A stretch of DNA of 61,076 nucleotides, the filler included, from Stramenopiles sp. TOSAG23-3 (taxonomy: Eukaryota): assembly GCA_900128585.1 (NCBI GenBank). It is 17 parts of 17 records of this genome, joined end to end, with 100 filler letters (N's around TTAATTAATTAA, not from the genome) between each part and the next. Parts side by side here need not be neighbours in the genome. Positions count along the whole stretch, not along the records: positions 54,012 to 57,495 come from LT644195.1; positions 57,596 to 61,076 come from LT644196.1; 15 more parts are not named here. One strand, written 5' to 3'. The notes beneath the pieces are model-generated. The model made no database searches. It was not told the origin of the DNA and saw only the letters and a program-made list of their open reading frames with translations. Made by a program: the position numbers and the translations under genes. Below are positions 57,001 through 61,076 of this stretch, one piece after another. The number at the start of each line of letters is the position of its first letter. Position 1 is the stretch's first letter.

Positions 57001-57372
57001 ATTGTTCAAAATGATTACAAAAACTTTAAGTATAACTGTCCGCCTCGTGAATCGAGAAAGAAGAAACGAAAAGACAAGGCCTCATATGTGGTGAAATCAG
57101 AGCATTACCCATATGCAAAAGAGGGTGTTCCGTCTTGTGCTTGTGGTGCGGAAAAGCAATTCAAGGATTGTTCCTCTTGTGGATATGGTAGCATACAAAA
57201 GATATGGGCGCTAGCAACTGAGTCAGTTGAAATATTGAGAAAGACTGGGGAATTTTCAGTACGTTCAATTACTGTCACTACGGAAATGAGAAAAAATACT
57301 GAGGAATGGGGAAAAATAAAAGAAGATGTTCCAATTTCAGACATTCAAGTTTCTATTGCTGAAGTAGAATGA
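54013..57372 (+). mobile_element. Putative RAG1/Transib-like DDE transposase-derived ORF; 5'-truncated
   Basis: Intronless AT-rich ORF open to the contig edge, with ordered motifs VISFDGA, ILGGDM, ALH, TEGSEALN and several Cys pairs. The ORF is solid; the family call is inference. No TIR or TSD is visible. Confidence 0.5.
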
Positions 57373-57790
57373 GTTTAATACGGATGGCGCTTCGCGAAAT
57401 CATCTTTAGCTTTCGACCGGGAGTAGAATAATACTATTATTCATAAATAACAGCCAATTTTCTTGTTTTTTATTATAGAATATTTTAAGGTACTANNNNN
57501 NNNNNNNNNNNNNNNNNNNNNNNNNNNNNNNNNNNNNNNTTAATTAATTAANNNNNNNNNNNNNNNNNNNNNNNNNNNNNNNNNNNNNNNNNNNNCGTAA
57601 ATTGTACACTGTTTTTTTCTAAATTGTGGCCTTGTGCTTGTTTTGCGTTTTACAGAGGATAATGGTAGTGAGCCTTTGAAAATGGGAAAAAGCTATTACC
57701 GGTTTGCAGTGCAGGTATTTACATTGTATGATATGCAAAATAATACGAGTAACCGCATTAACTTAGGATTAGGGTATGAGGACGCTAAAT

Positions 57791-58195
57791 TTAATTACTC
57801 GATTCATCGTCAGTAGTACATACTTCAACTGTTTTGTGAGAATGTGGACCATGGTGTCCCATGTTGATATGGCACCCTCTGTTGGTCACTGAATCGAATA
57901 TTTCCCAGCGTTTGCTTCTTTCAACGGCCATAATTTCTCTTCTTGTTGGGCATCTAGTTTTTACCCCTTTTTTGCATTCATCGCATACTTTAATTTTTTT
58001 GTGATGATGTGGGCCATCCGGTCCCATGTTAATACGACACTCTTTGTTGTAAGGTCCAGCGTCAAACCTTTTCCATCGATCACTTTTTTTGACGGCCAAT
58101 ATCTCTGCTCGTGTCGGGCACCGTCTTTCACAGCTCCGTTCACGAATGCGAATGCGCCCATTTACGACCTCCACATTTATGTCATTTACCCATTT
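57791..58195 (-). CDS. Small Cys/His-rich protein with two internal repeats; start unclear (probable last exon or relic)
   Basis: RCPTRxEIxAVxxSxRWxxFD...CxINMGxxGPHxHKxxxVC occurs twice. Confidence 0.6.
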   Translation of the reverse strand, partial: KWVNDINVEVVNGRIRIRERSCERRCPTRAEILAVKKSDRWKRFDAGPYNKECRINMGPDGPHHHKKIKVCDECKKGVKTRCPTRREIMAVERSKRWEIFDSVTNRGCHINMGHHGPHSHKTVEVCTTDDESSN

Positions 58196-58549
58196 TTGCT
58201 AATTGGAGCTGTAAAACACACAGAGAAGCTTGTACTCAACTCCATTCTTTCGAGAATTTGTGGTGCTTCCATTAATTGGGTCCTTCCCAGTTGACTCACA
58301 AAAATAATATCTGAGTTGGTCTTTTTCTCTTCTTGGTTTACTTACTATTTTAGTTGGACAACATTCATAAAAAAAAGATATCAACAACAACATCCTCCAT
58401 AGTAGTAGCAGTAATTATAACTTCCAAACAGATTACAGTAACATTCAGTCTTCGAGAGTGAAAACAATTCTATTAAACAGATTAATAAAATTAACGCTAC
58501 AAGCAAAATCTCAAGTTTCATTTTTCAATAAAAAACATTTATCCTTATT

Positions 58550-59190
58550 ATGAAATCTTTCATTATCCTAACACTCTTATCCTTAGCTGTAGCGGCTTCA
58601 GCAACGCCAGCGGACTTAGCTAAGGTAAGCCAAGCGTTTAAAAAAGTGCCAAATTATTTAAGGCCATGAGCCATGGCAGGCGACTCAGCGATGAAGCAGC
58701 ATTCATAAAGTTAACGTGCGTAGCGAATGTAAGTGGCGTCATGTATGGCTCCTGTAGCTCAGGCTCAAACGTGCATTCCCATATTGTAATGGCAGCTGAT
58801 CATTGTTAAAAAAAAACAAATTATATAGTATGTTTTAAGACTCTCATTTTAAATGATCATTGTTATAATGTGGAAGGTACGTATGTGACGTACTCATATA
58901 CCGGAACAAATATTAAACTGACTGTCCACGCTAATGCCGACTGTTCAGACGCAGGTAATTCAGCGACCGTTGTATCGGGACAGTGTGACAGTGACGGTGA
59001 TTACTTTCTGATCTACGAAGGTACTGCGATACAAATGGACAAATGAGAGAAGTGCAGCAGCGCCACAAACCCATTTGGGGGCAGTATTTATTTTGCTGAC
59101 AATGAATGTGCGGGTATTGATGGTTCACCAGGGATAAAAGGAGCTTGCGCTTCAGACGGCAATATCACATATATCACAATATTATTTTAG
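58550..59190 (+). pseudogene. Disrupted secreted Cys-rich protein gene
   Basis: Signal peptide MKSFIILTLLSLAVAASA and GRRL motif. Frame change at 58625-58662, insertion at 58809-58853 carrying a stop, and in-frame TGA at 59044. Confidence 0.7.
58797..58865. mobile_element. 45-bp AT-rich insertion flanked by a 12-bp direct repeat (TGATCATTGTTA)
   Basis: Repeat copies at 58797-58808 and 58854-58865; the insert resembles sequence at 39124-39243. Confidence 0.7.
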
Positions 59191-59259
59191 TTTATATTTA
59201 AATAGTTAAACAAGCCAAGGACTGTGGGAGAGGATAGACCGCGCCGACCGCACCACCAT

Positions 59260-60507
59260 TCATCGGTCTTCCTGCTCCATTTTGCTGTTCTTGAGCATTT
59301 TGGAACTCCCGCTGGCCTTTTCCTTGTACTCGCTGCTGACGGTGCTGTCGTGGTGGAAAATGCGAAGGTGGGCAATCTTGTGCATGATCTGCTCGTTGTT
59401 TGCCTGGGTCTCTATCGCTTGGTCCTCGCTCATGGGCTCGCTGAACGGGTTCATGCCTGGCCAGCCACCGCCGCGGTCCTCCTCGCCCTCCGAGCACATC
59501 GTGCAGCACATCCCGGGGCGCGGCCTGTTCCCCTCCTCCTGGGCCACGGTGGCCTTGGCCCCTCCCGCCGCCAGGACGGTGGCCTTGACTTCTGCGAAGC
59601 TGACGGGCAAGCTGTTGCGGTCCCGCCGCTCACCCTTTCCGGGAGAGTCGACGCAGACGGCGCAGCATCGCCCGGTCCCATCCCCTTCGCCGCCGGCCTT
59701 TGCAAGCTCTTCTAAAAACGTGGTGGGCGCGAAGGCCTTCCCGTCGGCAGGGTCCACGCCGTCCCCGCTCGGGAGCGACACCTCGCCCTTTGCGGCAAGC
59801 TTGGCGTTGTTGAACGGAACGAAGCTTGCCGGGCAGATGTTGCAGCACGGCCCCGTGCCTTCCTGCCCGACGACGACGCGATGGGCGTCCTCCCCGACGG
59901 CTTTGTACGTGTTGGTCGCCTCCTTGATGTCGTGCACGAGGTCCCCCTGCTCCAGCCCGGAGTCTTCCGTGTCCTTCCCGACGGACTCGTCGAGGGCCTT
60001 GTCGGGGGTCTCCCGCTCCTCTAACAAAGACGGCGCCGGGTAGCGCACAAGGTGCTTCTCGTACGTCTTGTGAAACCGCCGCAACGTTTCCGTCTCCACG
60101 GCCGCCGGGAGCTGGAGCAAGGCCAGGCTCCGGTAAAAGTTCTTGGTGCAGATTGTACAGCAGCCGCCCACGTAACCTGCCGGGACCGGCCCGTCCCTCG
60201 TCCCAGGGGCCGGGGGGCTCCGCGTTGGCAGCACGTCGGGCTCCTGCGGATCTGGGTCGATCAGCACGTCCACCCTCTTCGCCTTGTCGTCGAGCTTTAG
60301 CCAATTGTTCTTGAGCCCCGCCTTGGCGCTCGCACGGGAAACGAACGGGCCCGCCCCGCTGTTCGGCGGAAGTTTGCTGTGGTCTATTTGTCGCTTGAAT
60401 TTCCCCCTCGCCGTCGCGAACGCGTCGCCATTCGCTGCAAGGAGGAACAAGGCACACGCCGCGCACAGAAGAAAGGCCGGGCGGCCCCGAAGAAACGTGT
60501 TCTTCAT
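59260..60507 (-). CDS. Secreted protein with four GxCCxxC motifs
   Basis: Hydrophobic signal peptide; GGCCTIC, GPCCNIC, GRCCAVC, GMCCTMC; GC-rich third codon positions. Confidence 0.75.
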   Translation of the reverse strand: MKNTFLRGRPAFLLCAACALFLLAANGDAFATARGKFKRQIDHSKLPPNSGAGPFVSRASAKAGLKNNWLKLDDKAKRVDVLIDPDPQEPDVLPTRSPPAPGTRDGPVPAGYVGGCCTICTKNFYRSLALLQLPAAVETETLRRFHKTYEKHLVRYPAPSLLEERETPDKALDESVGKDTEDSGLEQGDLVHDIKEATNTYKAVGEDAHRVVVGQEGTGPCCNICPASFVPFNNAKLAAKGEVSLPSGDGVDPADGKAFAPTTFLEELAKAGGEGDGTGRCCAVCVDSPGKGERRDRNSLPVSFAEVKATVLAAGGAKATVAQEEGNRPRPGMCCTMCSEGEEDRGGGWPGMNPFSEPMSEDQAIETQANNEQIMHKIAHLRIFHHDSTVSSEYKEKASGSSKMLKNSKMEQEDR

Positions 60508-60527
60508 GACCAAGTGTTTCTACAACA

Positions 60528-60577
60528 ACAACAATAGAAACAATAGAAACAATAGAAACAATAGAAACAATAGAAAC
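60528..60577 (+). repeat. 9-bp tandem repeat (AACAATAGA) x5
   Basis: Seen directly just upstream of the 60507 start codon. Confidence 0.85.
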
Positions 60578-61076
60578 GAAGAAGAAGAAATGGCCTCAAA
60601 CACCACCTATCGGATCTTTCGACAACCATTGAAACCACCCATCCCTTCTGTTCCTTGTTCCTTGCTTCTTTTTCCTTCCATACCTCATTTCTCTTCTTCG
60701 TTTACTTTATATTCACATCATATTAATTATTTTAAATAATATATTTTTTTATGATCAATTCGTTACTTGCTTCAACAATTAAGGCCTTACATCTATCTAT
60801 CTATATACACACAATCACATTATAATGAAAAATATGTATCATATCCTTGATTATGTATTATAATCCTTAATTATGAATAATCCGATCCATAGCCCTATTT
60901 CCAACCCCAATTTCTTTAATTCCTAAATAACCCTACATCTTAACTCCCTCCCCCTTTTTTTTATTTACAAGACACAACAGAGACACAACAGAGAGACACC
61001 ACTCTTAACACTTCTTTCTTCTTCTTTCTTCTTCTTTCTTCTTCTTTCTTCTTCTTTCTTCTTCTTTCTTCTTCTT

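Noticed and set aside
3519-57595. Regularly spaced TTAATTAATTAA palindromes as a biological repeat or array
   Set aside because: They always sit in exactly 44+44 N between size-sorted contigs, so they are artificial spacers.
59044-59046. In-frame TGA as selenocysteine or a reassigned codon
   Set aside because: The gene has other lesions, no SECIS was recognised, and other genes here end normally at TGA.
1-61076. A multi-gene system or cluster across the window (for example the RAG1-like ORF acting on the variable repeat gene)
   Set aside because: The contigs are unlinked and adjacent only because of size sorting; no RSS-like signals were seen in the repeat gene.

Overview
This is not one locus. 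The window joins 17 unrelated eukaryotic contigs of about 3.5 kb, whose lengths fall from 3518 to 3481 bp (size-sorted). They are separated by 16 artificial 100-bp spacers (44 N + TTAATTAATTAA + 44 N), so gene neighbourhoods across spacers carry no meaning. Genes are mostly intron-poor, use the standard code and sit between AT-rich intergenic DNA with GAA/TTC microsatellites. Gene content suggests a flagellated protist, possibly a heterotrophic stramenopile (inference only). Clearly recognisable genes: MCM8, CNOT9/Rcd1, GPAT9-type acyltransferase, ABCB half-transporter, MO25/CAB39 (frameshifted), P2X receptor, PRMT9-like methyltransferase, and EF-hand, ankyrin-WW, IQ and SHIPPO-repeat proteins. 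Most interesting observations: (1) an AT-rich ORF of more than 1100 aa with a RAG1/Transib-like D-D-H-E motif order; (2) an ankyrin + DUF4116 + ARM protein whose repeats vary at two fixed positions; (3) a short dispersed AT-rich repeat in gene 3' flanks, and a 45-bp insertion with a 12-bp target-site duplication that disrupts a secreted-protein gene missed by the ORF track; (4) unusual architectures: SET-Tudor-split MRH, pseudo-calpain with PDZ and NPF motifs, reversed tandem PRMT, secreted DUF5069-like and secreted CULT proteins. All family assignments come from motif recognition by eye, not from database searches.
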